Shown piece after piece: positions 18,970 to 29,355 of a DNA stretch of 64,000 bases. How positions within the stretch are numbered: position 1 is the first letter of the stretch; each line of letters begins with the position of its first letter. Both the position numbers and the translations under genes were made by a program. This DNA is from Pseudomonadota bacterium (lineage in GTDB: Bacteria > Pseudomonadota > Alphaproteobacteria > MPNO01 > UBA830), in contig JAYYZV010000005.1 in the NCBI GenBank assembly GCA_036339975.1, positions 2,099 to 66,098 on the forward strand, given 5' to 3'. A model generated the notes under the pieces. It did no database searches and was not told the DNA's origin. It saw only the letters and a list, made by a program, of their open reading frames with translations.

Positions 18970-19829
18970 AAGAAATCGTGTGGGGAAATTTTAGCCAGGA
19001 GGAGTTGGACCGAAATTACGATCAGTCATCCCTGGTGCCAAATGTCAGCGAACTTATGGAACAGAACGCCATAGATAGTGCCAAAATTAGGGAAGAACTC
19101 GAGGTGATTGCCGACGTTTCTTATGGACCGACGGTTTTGGAGCGCCTTGATATATTTCCGGCATCGCAGAGGGGTGGGCCGGTCGCGATTTATCATCACG
19201 GTGGCGCCTGGACACGATCTGACAAGGATCAGTGTTCATATGCAGCTCCCAGTTTGGTCGCGGCGGGGGTCAACGTCCTAGTGCTCGATTTTGCTTTAGC
19301 TCCGGCAGTGTCGCTGGATGAAATTGTGCGGCAGAACCGCGCCGCAATTTCTTGGGCATGGTACAACGCAGATGAATATGGTTGGGATAGAGACAGAATT
19401 CATAGTATTGGCCATTCATCGGGCGGGCATATCTGTGGCATGATGCAGATTACGAACTGGGAAGATCTCTATGGTTTACCCGCGGATATCATAAAAAGTG
19501 CCGCTCCATGTAGTGGAATGTATGAACTGGAACCGGTGCAACTTAGCCACCGCAACAGCTATCTTGACCTAACAGGCCAAGCCGCGGTGCGTAACAGTTC
19601 GATCCGCCATATTCCGGCCTACGGGCCGCCAATGACGATGGCGTGGGGTACTGGCGAACTAGAAGAGTTTCAGCGCCAGAGCAGAGAGTTCGCAGTGGCT
19701 TGGGAAGCTGCCGGCCACGAGGTCGAAATCTTTATCTTGGAGGATCTGAACCATTTTGAGGTGGGCCGGGAAATGTTCAATCCAGATCAACCAGTGTTTC
19801 AGAACATTCTGAAAAATATTGGTGTTTAG
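18966..19829 (+). CDS. alpha/beta hydrolase, arylformamidase/esterase-like
   Basis: 287 aa. HHGGAW oxyanion motif and nucleophile GHSSGGH. 4-nt overlap with the upstream EamA gene. Confidence 0.7.
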   Translation: MKEIVWGNFSQEELDRNYDQSSLVPNVSELMEQNAIDSAKIREELEVIADVSYGPTVLERLDIFPASQRGGPVAIYHHGGAWTRSDKDQCSYAAPSLVAAGVNVLVLDFALAPAVSLDEIVRQNRAAISWAWYNADEYGWDRDRIHSIGHSSGGHICGMMQITNWEDLYGLPADIIKSAAPCSGMYELEPVQLSHRNSYLDLTGQAAVRNSSIRHIPAYGPPMTMAWGTGELEEFQRQSREFAVAWEAAGHEVEIFILEDLNHFEVGREMFNPDQPVFQNILKNIGV

Positions 19830-19863
19830 ACGAGACTAATCGAAGTCTGTTATAGATATAAAA

Positions 19864-20724
19864 ATGAGCGTAGCCACGGAGGAGAGAGAAATGGACGGAG
19901 CCGGACCGGGCGCTGCCTATCAGGCAATCACCGTGATGCCCTATTCCCCGACTATCGGGGCTGAAGTTGGCAATGTCGATCTGACACGGCCGCTTCTCGA
20001 TCTGGAACTCTTGGAAATTCGACGCGCATTCACTGAACATATGGTTCTTTTCTTCCGAGATCAGGAAATCAGTTTTGATGATCATGCGCGGTTTGGAGAA
20101 TATTTTGGTTCCCTCGGTCAGCACGTTGGTAAAAAGACCAACAGTCAGGCTACCGATGATCTGCGGGTCCGTAAGTTCCATGCAGACGGGGATACCCCCC
20201 GGGTGTCCGGGAATGTCTGGCATACCGACCAATCCTGTGCGCCGGTTCCGCCGCTTGCCAGTGTGCTTTACTTGCACACCCTTCCACCAAATGGTGGTGG
20301 CGATACTGGATTTGCCAGCATGTATGCCGCCTACGATGCGCTGTCCGATAACATGAAGGACTATCTGGATGGATTAACGGCCCACCATGACGGAACTCTG
20401 CAGTTCGGCGCTGGCACCCCGGAAGCTGATCACCCGGTTGTCGTTCGTCATCCGGAAAGCGGGAGAAAACTCCTATACGTTAATGAAGCCTTCACCTCTT
20501 ATATAAACGGTGTATCGCGTGAGGAGAGTAAAGCGATCCTAGAATTTCTCTACGATCACCAGAAAAGACCAGAATGGAGTACCCGGTTTCGATGGGAGCC
20601 ACATTCTATTGCTTTTTGGGACAACCGCTGCGTCCATCACCGAGCAATTTCGGATTATCTGCCGCACGTTCGATCCGGTTACCGGATCCAGGTGGAAGGA
20701 ACAGAACCTCCGCTTGCCGGCTGA
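19864..20724 (+). CDS. TauD/TfdA-family Fe(II)/2-oxoglutarate dioxygenase (taurine-dioxygenase-like)
   Basis: 286 aa. WHTDQS (HxD), GGDTGFASM, WDNRCVHHRA. Confidence 0.85.
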   Translation: MSVATEEREMDGAGPGAAYQAITVMPYSPTIGAEVGNVDLTRPLLDLELLEIRRAFTEHMVLFFRDQEISFDDHARFGEYFGSLGQHVGKKTNSQATDDLRVRKFHADGDTPRVSGNVWHTDQSCAPVPPLASVLYLHTLPPNGGGDTGFASMYAAYDALSDNMKDYLDGLTAHHDGTLQFGAGTPEADHPVVVRHPESGRKLLYVNEAFTSYINGVSREESKAILEFLYDHQKRPEWSTRFRWEPHSIAFWDNRCVHHRAISDYLPHVRSGYRIQVEGTEPPLAG

Positions 20725-20974
20725 GCCGAAACATTATTTTCTATATTTTATAGACCGACCGCGCCAATAACGATCCGAAATTGATCTGTCGGCAGAAGTC
20801 ACAGATAGGTCGTCAATTTACCTCCAATGTACCCGGGTTGGTTTGATGCCCTTACTGCTGTCCATAAATAATTAGCCGGTAAAAAAACAATTTTTCCTAA
20901 TTTCGGCGTGGTAAAATTACATGGCGGTGTTGTTTTTAAGACGGATTACGATCTAAAAAATTAAAGGCGCTATT

Positions 20975-21685
20975 TTAGTTGTCTCTGCCGTAGCGATGTA
21001 ATCCCGCACCGTTAGCCTTCAACCAGTCGCGAGCCTGTCCTACATCCGGACATAGCGTACTCACCAGTGTCCAGAAACGTTCGCTGTGATTGAGTTCACG
21101 GAGGTGGGCAACCTCGTGGGCGATAACGTATTTCAGCACGTGCTGGGGCGCCATTACCAGCCGCCATGAGAAATTTAGGTTCCCGGCACGTGAGCAACTG
21201 CCCCACCGAGAGCGTGTGTCACGGATGGAAATCCGTGCGGGTTTGCGGCCTATTTTTCCGCCCATTTCTTCGGCACGGGGTCTTATCTCGTCCAGAGCCC
21301 TGCCACGAACCCATCTTCGGACGCGGCCAGGAAGCGTATCTTCTCGCCCACCGACTAGAAGTTCATCATTCGCTAGTCTCGGGACGGCGGTGCAGCTGTT
21401 GGTTCGCCGGATTGTGACATGCCTGCCCAGAAGCGGAAAAACTGCACCATCGGCAAACGGAGCGGCGGGGCCAATCCGCGCCAACTGCTTTGTAACCCAT
21501 CCTGCCTGAGTCGCGGCGAACCGAAGACCTTCGCGCACCGTCGCGCCGGGCGGAAGAACAATTTCGACTTTTCCGTCATAAACGCCCACATGCAGTAAAA
21601 TTCTCCGGGCGCGCTGGCTACTGCGGACGTGAAGCTGGATTTCCTGACCGTCTTCCAGAGAGAGAAAGTCAGATGCTTCGGTCAA
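20975..21685 (-). CDS. YgjP/DUF45-like M48-family zinc metallopeptidase
   Basis: C-terminal 236 codons of tracked ORF 20975-22357. RSRWGSCS and HEVAHLRELNHSERFW (HExxH). TTG 21685 forms a TTGA overlap with the MFS stop. The upstream part of the tracked ORF overlaps the MFS gene out of frame. Confidence 0.75.
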   Translation of the reverse strand: MTEASDFLSLEDGQEIQLHVRSSQRARRILLHVGVYDGKVEIVLPPGATVREGLRFAATQAGWVTKQLARIGPAAPFADGAVFPLLGRHVTIRRTNSCTAVPRLANDELLVGGREDTLPGRVRRWVRGRALDEIRPRAEEMGGKIGRKPARISIRDTRSRWGSCSRAGNLNFSWRLVMAPQHVLKYVIAHEVAHLRELNHSERFWTLVSTLCPDVGQARDWLKANGAGLHRYGRDN

Positions 21686-23094
21686 ATTTCCACCCCTGGC
21701 TTTAGCTGGTACATTCGCAGAACGCAAAGGCTGCCGGCCAGCGGGACGACCGCGCCGAGTGCGAATACCCAGCTGAGGGCATATTCTACAGTCGCGGGTT
21801 CGGTTCCGCCCGCAAGACCGGCCCCATTGGCAACAAGGCCCGCGATTGCCGCCCCGTAAGCTATACCGATCGACCTCATCGCCGGAGCGGCGGACGCTGT
21901 GATCCGGGATTCCGCTTCCCCGGCGGCGGCCAGAGCCCAAGAGATGGAATGTACATTTGTCATCCCAACGCCAATCCCGGCCACGGTAACAAATCCTGTT
22001 AATACCCAGATCGAAGTCTCTCCGAGAGTGATCGCAATGCCAAGAATGCTCAATGAGGTAAACATCAGCCCGCTCGCGCAGGCGATACGGGTCCAGCGGT
22101 CGCTCCATCCTGCAGTAACAAGGGAGCCGACCGTCCAGGCGATCGAAAAGACTGTCAGCACGTAACCAATCCATAGAGGATCGAGACCATATATCTGCCG
22201 CAACGCCAGTGGCATAAAAATTGTCATTGGCGTGTAGGCGGCCGACAACAAGAGAAACACCCAATAAGCGGTGCCCACCGGGGCGAACAGCGAAAGTACG
22301 TGTCGTGGAAAGAGGTTTTCTTCCACCCGGTCGAGACGCAGTGTGAATATCAGACACATTACCCCAGCGGCGATCAGTGAGCCACGAGATACGAAATCGT
22401 TAAACTGTCCGGACGCACCCACTAGAACAACCGAAGTACCGAGGAGTAGCAACCGCCGATAGGGCAGCCGCCGCTTTTCGCCACGCTCGCTCTCGGGTAC
22501 GACTTTCCATGCAGCGAGAACGAACAACATCGTCAATACACTGGTGGTGAGAAACGCTCCCCGCCACATCCCGAAATTGCCCCAGACGCCGCCGATCAAG
22601 GGTCCGACTACCGCCGCGACACTCCATGTAGTCGTGATGGTCGCTAAAACGCGGGTGCGCAGCCGTCCCGTGTATAGATCGTTTACAAGGGTCATTGACT
22701 GCGACATCATCAAGCCACCGCCGATACCTTCGACGGTGCGGAAAGTCAGCAGCAGTGCCATGTTGGGTGCCGCCGAACAGCCCAGTGCGCCGACGAGAAA
22801 AATTAACCCTGCCGCGACATAGCCTTTCCGGCGTCCTAGCATTGCGCGAACGTACTGCCCGCTCGCCGCCCCCATAACGGTCCCTACCATATAGAGCATT
22901 GTGGTCCAGGCGTAGAATTCCACGCCACCGATTTCGGCGACTACCGCCGGCATGACGGTAGTTATGACGAATATGTCGATAGCGTGGACGCCGATGCCGA
23001 TATTGAGCAGTATCGTGTAAACACCGAGGATGCCGCGGAACATGTCCACCCAGCCGGTGCCCCCATCCGGGCGCGCTTCGTCAGTCGTTGTCAT
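21682..23094 (-). CDS. MFS transporter (DHA-type drug/metabolite:H+ antiporter-like)
   Basis: 470 aa, many TM helices. MLGRRKGYVAAGLIFLVGALG and RTVEGIGGG motifs. Confidence 0.85.
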   Translation of the reverse strand: MTTTDEARPDGGTGWVDMFRGILGVYTILLNIGIGVHAIDIFVITTVMPAVVAEIGGVEFYAWTTMLYMVGTVMGAASGQYVRAMLGRRKGYVAAGLIFLVGALGCSAAPNMALLLTFRTVEGIGGGLMMSQSMTLVNDLYTGRLRTRVLATITTTWSVAAVVGPLIGGVWGNFGMWRGAFLTTSVLTMLFVLAAWKVVPESERGEKRRLPYRRLLLLGTSVVLVGASGQFNDFVSRGSLIAAGVMCLIFTLRLDRVEENLFPRHVLSLFAPVGTAYWVFLLLSAAYTPMTIFMPLALRQIYGLDPLWIGYVLTVFSIAWTVGSLVTAGWSDRWTRIACASGLMFTSLSILGIAITLGETSIWVLTGFVTVAGIGVGMTNVHSISWALAAAGEAESRITASAAPAMRSIGIAYGAAIAGLVANGAGLAGGTEPATVEYALSWVFALGAVVPLAGSLCVLRMYQLKPGVEI

Positions 23095-23335
23095 GCTACC
23101 AGTCTAGGCGGGTTGGAACAGAATCCCTAGTAAGGCGGCGTCGCATCGTTTAATCAGGGCGAGATATTAACCAACCGTTTAAATGTTCTCCTGTTAGCTC
23201 GGCGTCATACCCCTCTACCGACCCCATAAAAGGCCATGTCGATGATGGTACAACTTTTCAGGGGTTCCGTGACCCGCCATCAACGCGTATCTAGTATGTC
23301 AATTACTGAACACCCATGCCGGAATGTGATTAAGA

Positions 23336-23836
23336 ATGTCTGAAAGCCTGATTTTCGCGCTCGTGATTGCGCTAACGGTCTACATGTTCATGCGCCGTTT
23401 GCGGCTGTTAAAACAACAGAAAAAAAAGAAGGTAGAGGAAGAGGCACGTGGAGAGAAACCTCTGGAGGACCCGGGCAGCATGCCGCGGCTTGGAGCACCC
23501 GGCACAATCACTCGAGAACAGATCAGGCAATTAAAAAATAACGATTTTACGCCTGAGCGTCAGTGGAGTAAGGAAGAAGCGCAACTTATACTCGATACCG
23601 TCACCTATCTTCGTGCCGTCATATACGAGGCAACGGGCGAAGCTGGCGCACCGATAGAAGTACAGAATGACATTCTCAAATTCATTCTGACCGACCAAGT
23701 TCTGCGTGAGTACGTTTTGCAATGGGGTCTGAACCGGACCCGGGATGAGCACACTTCTCCGCAGCCTGTTCTCGAGCATGATGAATGTTATCAAAAAGTA
23801 GAAGCCGCGGTTCTGGAACGCTGGGAATCGTCTTGA
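23336..23836 (+). CDS. hypothetical membrane-anchored protein
   Basis: 166 aa. One N-terminal TM helix (LIFALVIALTVYMF), a Lys-rich linker (KQQKKKKVEEE) and a soluble domain. I recognise no family. Confidence 0.5.
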   Translation: MSESLIFALVIALTVYMFMRRLRLLKQQKKKKVEEEARGEKPLEDPGSMPRLGAPGTITREQIRQLKNNDFTPERQWSKEEAQLILDTVTYLRAVIYEATGEAGAPIEVQNDILKFILTDQVLREYVLQWGLNRTRDEHTSPQPVLEHDECYQKVEAAVLERWESS

Positions 23837-23871
23837 GTAGAGCAGCTGACATAGCCGGCCCCGATAGAGAT

Positions 23872-24909
23872 TTGAAAACTGACGCTTTCGATTTCGAACT
23901 TCCACCCGACCTCATAGCCACTAAGCCAGTTCGGCCACGGGACGCCGCACGGATGCTGGAAGTTTGCGATGGTTTTGTTGACAGGAGGGTTACTGACCTG
24001 CCTGACCTGCTGAGGCCAGAAGATGTTCTCGTCATAAATGACACCCGCGTGATACCTGCCCGTCTCAGAGGCACTCGTCGCGGCGCGAAGGTGCAACTGA
24101 CGCTGCACAAAGCGAAAGCCGATGGACGATGGATGGCATTCTCTCGTCCAGCCCGAAAGCTCACACCGGGGGACGTTATCGATTTCGCGGACGGGTTTAC
24201 GGCTCGGGTCGATAGTAAGGGTGAAAGGGGAGAGGTTTTGCTATCTTTTCCAGACACTAAGGAACTTTTCGCCGCGCTACAACGACACGGCGAAATGCCG
24301 CTTCCCCCCTATATTTTGCGTGAATCGGGTGCAACGGCGGAGGATGAAGAAGATTATCAGACAGTTTATGCGGTTCACGAAGGCGCGGTGGCCGCGCCGA
24401 CGGCAGGCCTCCATTTTACCAAAAGTCTGATGGATACCATCCGAGATGCTGGTGTGGGGTTGGCAACCGTCACCCTTCATGTTGGCGCGGGTACATTTCT
24501 ACCGGTCAATGTAGACCGTATTGCCGACCATCCGATGCACAGTGAATGGGGACGTATAGACGCGAAGACCGCTGAAGAGATTAATTTAGCCCGTGCTGCC
24601 GGTGGCAGAGCCATTGCCGTGGGAACGACTTCGCTCCGGCTAATTGAGAGCGCCGCTACTTTAGAAGGAGAGATACTCCCCTTCGACGCCGATACAGACA
24701 TTTTTATTACGCCCGGCTATCAGTTCCGCGCGGTCGATGCCCTAATGACAAACTTTCACCTACCGCGTTCGACGTTGTTCATGTTGGTATCCGCCTTTGC
24801 CGGGTCCGAGCAAATAAAAAATGCCTACAGTCATGCGATCTCTGAGAAGTACCGGTTCTATTCCTATGGGGACTCTAGCTTTCTCCATCGGGCCGATCAC
24901 AATGCCTAG
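23872..24909 (+). CDS. queA: S-adenosylmethionine:tRNA ribosyltransferase-isomerase
   Basis: ORF 23785-24909. [61 protein letters not shown] and NFHLPRSTL are QueA blocks. TTG 23872 matches the usual N-terminus; the start is uncertain. Confidence 0.85.
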   Translation: MKTDAFDFELPPDLIATKPVRPRDAARMLEVCDGFVDRRVTDLPDLLRPEDVLVINDTRVIPARLRGTRRGAKVQLTLHKAKADGRWMAFSRPARKLTPGDVIDFADGFTARVDSKGERGEVLLSFPDTKELFAALQRHGEMPLPPYILRESGATAEDEEDYQTVYAVHEGAVAAPTAGLHFTKSLMDTIRDAGVGLATVTLHVGAGTFLPVNVDRIADHPMHSEWGRIDAKTAEEINLARAAGGRAIAVGTTSLRLIESAATLEGEILPFDADTDIFITPGYQFRAVDALMTNFHLPRSTLFMLVSAFAGSEQIKNAYSHAISEKYRFYSYGDSSFLHRADHNA

Positions 24910-26029
24910 TTTCGGTTATGCGGTCACCCATACCGACGGCCTAGCCCGTCGTGGACGTTTGACCACAGCACACGGCTCGGTCGAAACGCCCGTTTTCATG
25001 CCCGTCGGGACGGCTGCAACGGTAAAGGGAATGACATCAGAGGCTGTATACCGAACCGGAGCCCAAATCGTTTTGGCAAACACCTATCATCTGATGTTAC
25101 GACCCGGCGCGGAGCGCCTTTCCGCGCTAGGTGGCTTACATAAATTTATGGACTGGGAGAAGCCTATCCTGACGGATTCAGGAGGATTTCAGGTGATGTC
25201 GTTGACGGAGCTGCGGAAGTTGGATGAGGAGGGTGTTGAGTTTCGCTCTCATATCGACGGCGTAAAATTTATGCTGACGCCGGAGCGTTCTATCGAGATC
25301 CAAAAACTGATCGATTCTACAATCACAATGGTATTGGATGAATGTACCGCTCACGGTGCGGACGCTTCTGCGGCGGCTGACTCCATGCAATTGTCGATGC
25401 GTTGGGCGGCGAGATGCCGAGATGCGTTTGCGGAAAAGCCAGGCTACGGCCTATTCGGTATTGTACAGGGTAGCATTTATCCGGATCTTCGTCGTGAATC
25501 CGCGGCGGCGCTGATCGATATCGGTTTCGACGGCTATGCGGTTGGCGGGTTGGCGGTTGGAGAAGGCCAGGACAAAATGTTCTCCGTACTGGACGTTACT
25601 GTGCCGGTCTTGCCAAATATTAAGCCTCGCTACCTGATGGGGGTGGGTACTCCATCCGACATCGTTGGTGCAGTTCAGCGTGGCGTAGACATGTTTGATT
25701 GCGTGCTTCCCACTCGGTCCGGTCGAACAGGCCAAGCTTTTACTAGGCGTGGGGTTTTAAATATCCGAAACGCCCGTCATGCCGATGACCCTCGGCCCGT
25801 TGATCCAGAGAGTAACTACCCGAGCGTAGGCAATGTCAGTCGGGCCTATTTGCACCATCTGTTCAAGGCGAGGGAGATGTTAGGACCGATCCTGCTTACT
25901 CTCCACAATCTACATTACTATCAGGAATTAATGGGCTGTATCAGGGCGGCAATAGAGGCCGGTGCAATGGATGAATTCGCCACGGCCTTCCATAGGGAAC
26001 AGGCGGATGGCGACATTGAACAACTCTAG
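24902..26029 (+). CDS. tgt: queuine/preQ1 tRNA-ribosyltransferase
   Basis: ATG 24902 (overlaps the queA stop, ATGCCTAG) in ORF 24821-26029. [36 protein letters not shown]. Confidence 0.9.
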   Translation: MPSFGYAVTHTDGLARRGRLTTAHGSVETPVFMPVGTAATVKGMTSEAVYRTGAQIVLANTYHLMLRPGAERLSALGGLHKFMDWEKPILTDSGGFQVMSLTELRKLDEEGVEFRSHIDGVKFMLTPERSIEIQKLIDSTITMVLDECTAHGADASAAADSMQLSMRWAARCRDAFAEKPGYGLFGIVQGSIYPDLRRESAAALIDIGFDGYAVGGLAVGEGQDKMFSVLDVTVPVLPNIKPRYLMGVGTPSDIVGAVQRGVDMFDCVLPTRSGRTGQAFTRRGVLNIRNARHADDPRPVDPESNYPSVGNVSRAYLHHLFKAREMLGPILLTLHNLHYYQELMGCIRAAIEAGAMDEFATAFHREQADGDIEQL

Positions 26030-27152
26030 GGTGTCCGACCGCCTCGACCCTAAAACGGTCATCCGGAACCGTGCCCTAGCTCTCGGCTTCGATGTCGTCG
26101 GTTTTTCTGGGCCGGACAACGGAGATGCGGGCCTACATCTTAAGTCTTATATCGAGCGCGGGTTCTACGGCGATATGGGGTGGATGAAATCTACTGCGGA
26201 TCGCCGTCGGTCGCCTCGCGCACTGTGGCCTGATGTGGAAAGCATTGTCGCCATTGGTGTTAATTACGGTCCTGCAGAGAATCCGATGACGTTGCAGAAC
26301 TTTCCCGATCGGGGTGCCGTTTCTGTCTACGCGCGCGGCAGAGATTATCATGACATACTGAAAAAAAAACTTCGCAGCTTGGCTACAGAGATAGCTCAAA
26401 GTTGGAATTGCGAGGTAAAGTTGTTTGTGGATACGGCGCCAGTGATGGAAAAGCCGGTCGCGCAGGCAGCCGGCTTGGGTTGGCAGGGTAAGCATACTAA
26501 CCTTGTATCACGAGAGTTTGGCTCTTGGCTGTTTCTTGGTGAGGTATTTACAACACTTGAACTGCCGCCGGATGCGCCCGGCGAAGACGGGTGCGGAGCC
26601 TGTCAGCGTTGTCTGGATGTCTGTCCCACTGGGGCATTTCCCGCTCCATATCAACTCAATGCAACGCGATGCATTTCCTATTTAACGATTGAACACAAGG
26701 GTCATATTCCCGTCGAGTTCCGCGCTGCTATTGGTAACCGAATTTACGGCTGCGACGATTGCCTTGCGGTATGTCCTTGGAATAAATTTGCTCGAGTAAC
26801 GGGGCATCAAGAGTTGCAGTCATATGTCCATCTGACACGACCCCTGCTCCGAGACCTGATGTTTTTAGATGACGACGCCTTTCGGCAGGTGTTTTCCGGC
26901 TCGCCTATAAAGCGCCTTGGGCGAGACAGGTTCGTGCGAAATGTGCTGATTGCGGTGGGCAACAGTGCGGACAGGACTTTGCTGCCGGATACCGAGAGAA
27001 GTTTGTCTGATATGTCGCCACTGGTGAGAAGCATGGCGGTCTGGGCATTGTCAAGGCTGGCCACAATTTCTGAATTTATAGAATTTCGGGACAAACATGC
27101 CGGCGGGGAAAACGACGTCAATGTTATGGCGGAGTGGGATAATGGATTTTAA
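26007..27152 (+). CDS. queG: epoxyqueuosine reductase
   Basis: ORF 25962-27152. GWQGKHTNL, 4Fe-4S motifs [16 protein letters not shown] and [12 protein letters not shown]-terminal HEAT-like repeats. The start is ATG 26007 or GTG 26031. Confidence 0.85.
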   Translation: MATLNNSRVSDRLDPKTVIRNRALALGFDVVGFSGPDNGDAGLHLKSYIERGFYGDMGWMKSTADRRRSPRALWPDVESIVAIGVNYGPAENPMTLQNFPDRGAVSVYARGRDYHDILKKKLRSLATEIAQSWNCEVKLFVDTAPVMEKPVAQAAGLGWQGKHTNLVSREFGSWLFLGEVFTTLELPPDAPGEDGCGACQRCLDVCPTGAFPAPYQLNATRCISYLTIEHKGHIPVEFRAAIGNRIYGCDDCLAVCPWNKFARVTGHQELQSYVHLTRPLLRDLMFLDDDAFRQVFSGSPIKRLGRDRFVRNVLIAVGNSADRTLLPDTERSLSDMSPLVRSMAVWALSRLATISEFIEFRDKHAGGENDVNVMAEWDNGF

Positions 27153-27215
27153 AATCATGTTTATTTGCGTATGGAACCTTCGGGTCAAATTTACTGAATA
27201 GTTATAGGCCCAGTG

Positions 27216-28220
27216 ATGTCTCTCAAAATATTGAAATCAAATCGGCTGTCAGAGCTTGATCGACGGGTGTCGATTGCGCCAATGATGGACAGGACCGACC
27301 GCCATGAACGCTATTTTCTGCGCCTGATCTCGCCATCGGTTCTGTTGTATACCGAGATGACCACCACCGGAGCGATTATTCGTGGCGATCGAGAAAGATT
27401 CTTGAAATTTAATGACGCCGAACATCCTGTGGCATTACAGCTGGGAGGCGCGGATGCAGACGATCTTTCTCGCTGCGCTGAAATTGCCGCTGGATACGGC
27501 TATGACGAGATAAACCTCAACGTCGGTTGCCCGAGTGACCGAGTTCAAAACGCCCGCTTCGGCGCTTGCTTAATGAAGCAACCGGAAATAGTAGCCGCCG
27601 GTGTGAAGGCTATGTGCGGGGCGGTCGGGTTGCCGATCACCATCAAAACACGTATCGGTGTCGACGATCACGATTCTTGGGATGAACTTCTCCATTTCGT
27701 CGAAACTGTTGCCGAAGGAGGATGCGAAACATTCATCATTCATGCCCGGAAGGCTTGGCTTAAAGGCCTCAGTCCTCGGGAGAATCGCGAAATACCGCCA
27801 CTCTCTTACGATACCGTTTACCGACTGAAACAACTCTATCCAGAGTTTTCAATTTCAATCAACGGCGGGATTAAAACCGTTGAAGAGATCAACTTACATC
27901 TGCAACATGTGGACGGGGTGATGATAGGCCGCGCGGCTTATGAGAACCCTTGGCTACTTGCTGATATTGAAAATGATTTGTTAGGTGGTGCCGCGCTTTC
28001 GGCCCGAGACGCCGTAATTGACCGGTATGCCGATTACATTGACCGGGAAATGGCGACAGGAGTGCCCTTTTATGCAATGGCGCGGCATGTGCTTGGACTT
28101 TATCTAGGTGTCCGTGGCGCCCGCCTATGGCGGCGTCACATCAGCGAAAAAGGCCCACGACCGGATGCCAGCAGTCAGATTCTCCGAGACGCTGTTGCTC
28201 ACGTGCTGGCACCTGCCTAA
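27216..28220 (+). CDS. dusA: tRNA-dihydrouridine(20/20a) synthase
   Basis: ORF 27213-28220. SIAPMMDRTDRHERYFLR, LYTEM, NLNVGCPS, IHARKAWL. Confidence 0.85.
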   Translation: MSLKILKSNRLSELDRRVSIAPMMDRTDRHERYFLRLISPSVLLYTEMTTTGAIIRGDRERFLKFNDAEHPVALQLGGADADDLSRCAEIAAGYGYDEINLNVGCPSDRVQNARFGACLMKQPEIVAAGVKAMCGAVGLPITIKTRIGVDDHDSWDELLHFVETVAEGGCETFIIHARKAWLKGLSPRENREIPPLSYDTVYRLKQLYPEFSISINGGIKTVEEINLHLQHVDGVMIGRAAYENPWLLADIENDLLGGAALSARDAVIDRYADYIDREMATGVPFYAMARHVLGLYLGVRGARLWRRHISEKGPRPDASSQILRDAVAHVLAPA

Positions 28221-28458
28221 CAAACACATTTTACGATAACGGGCCGGTGGTCCGAAATTTTCTTTGATTTTGGGTAGTTATCTTAAAAATGGGGTAAGTT
28301 GTATTGTTCTATGACTTCAACGTCAGCAGCAAAGCGACCGGCCATAGTGATAAGAGGATTGCGCATATGGGTAGCTTTTAACACGCTTTTTCTGCCTTGA
28401 CCCGGCTCCGGCGAACCGGCATTCAGGTCTACTCCAACTTTTATAGATAGAGCCGTCC

Positions 28459-28806
28459 ATGACCGTCACCATCTATCATAATCCTCGATGTTCAAAATCG
28501 CGCGCAACGCTGTCTCTACTTCAGGAAAAAGGTATCTCGCCGGTGATCGTCGAATACCTTGAAACGCCGCCGTCCAGCACCGAACTGCGTGCAATTCTTG
28601 AAAGGCTTGGCATCGAGCCGCGCGATCTGATGCGGAGACAAGAAGAGCCCTATAAGATATTGAACCTTGCCGACAAGACACTGGATCGAGACACGCTTAT
28701 ACAGGCTATGATAGAAAATCCGATCTTGATAGAGCGCCCCGTGGTGTTGAATGGCGGGAAATGTGCCCTCGGCCGGCCACCGGAAAACGTGCTGAAGATC
28801 CTCTAG
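28459..28806 (+). CDS. arsC: ArsC-family (glutaredoxin-type) arsenate reductase-like protein
   Basis: 115 aa. IYHNPRCSKSR active-site Cys context and LIERPVV. Confidence 0.8.
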   Translation: MTVTIYHNPRCSKSRATLSLLQEKGISPVIVEYLETPPSSTELRAILERLGIEPRDLMRRQEEPYKILNLADKTLDRDTLIQAMIENPILIERPVVLNGGKCALGRPPENVLKIL

Positions 28807-28808
28807 TT

Positions 28809-29336
28809 ATGACGTATCCCCGAGGCATCTTGGTTGGTGTCATAGCGATGACGGTCATTGTCGTTGCGTCCAATGTGCTTGTCCAATATCCCATTAACGA
28901 TTGGTTGACCTGGGGCGCATTTACCTACCCGGTGGCGTTTCTAGTGACCGACCTCACCAATCGAGTCCTTGGCCCGGCGGGCGCTCGGAAGGTCGTTTAT
29001 GTCGGTTTTTCGATAGCCGTGATCCTTTCGGTTGTGTTTGCTACCCCCCGGATTGCATTTGCATCGGGCGCTGCTTTTCTGTTGGCGCACCTTCTCGATG
29101 TTCAGATTTTCGACCGCTTTCGAGAGAGTAATGTCTGGTGGACCGCGCCTCTGGTGTCGTCGACGGCTGCTTCTGCGGTTGATACAATCCTATTTTTCTC
29201 GATCGCGTTCGCGGGTGTGGGATTGCCTTGGGTAACCTGGGGAATAGGCGATTTTTGTGCCAAGATGTGCGTTGCGATCGTATTGTTGATACCCTTCCGG
29301 GTGCTTATGCGGGTGACCCGGCCGCAGGGAACGTGA
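28809..29336 (+). CDS. yhhQ: queuosine-precursor (preQ0/preQ1) transporter, VUT/DUF165 family
   Basis: ATG 28809 within ORF 28761-29336. AFTYPVAFLVTDLTNR, AHLLDVQIF, DTILFFSIAF. Confidence 0.75.
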   Translation: MTYPRGILVGVIAMTVIVVASNVLVQYPINDWLTWGAFTYPVAFLVTDLTNRVLGPAGARKVVYVGFSIAVILSVVFATPRIAFASGAAFLLAHLLDVQIFDRFRESNVWWTAPLVSSTAASAVDTILFFSIAFAGVGLPWVTWGIGDFCAKMCVAIVLLIPFRVLMRVTRPQGT

Positions 29337-29355
29337 ACGAGGGGAGGAATTGAAA

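Noticed and set aside
21686-22357. N-terminal 224 codons of the 460-aa minus-strand ORF 20975-22357
   Set aside because: It lies entirely inside the MFS transporter gene in another frame. Its composition is Arg/Gly/Ser-rich with no recognisable domain. Only the C-terminal YgjP-like part (HEVAH) is credible.
28221-28458. Possible preQ1 riboswitch upstream of arsC-yhhQ
   Set aside because: A preQ1 element would be expected in front of a Q-precursor transporter. I could not find the conserved preQ1-I/II core (a short hairpin followed by an A-rich tail with a CUA-type 3' end) or any convincing pseudoknot. An Rfam scan would be decisive.
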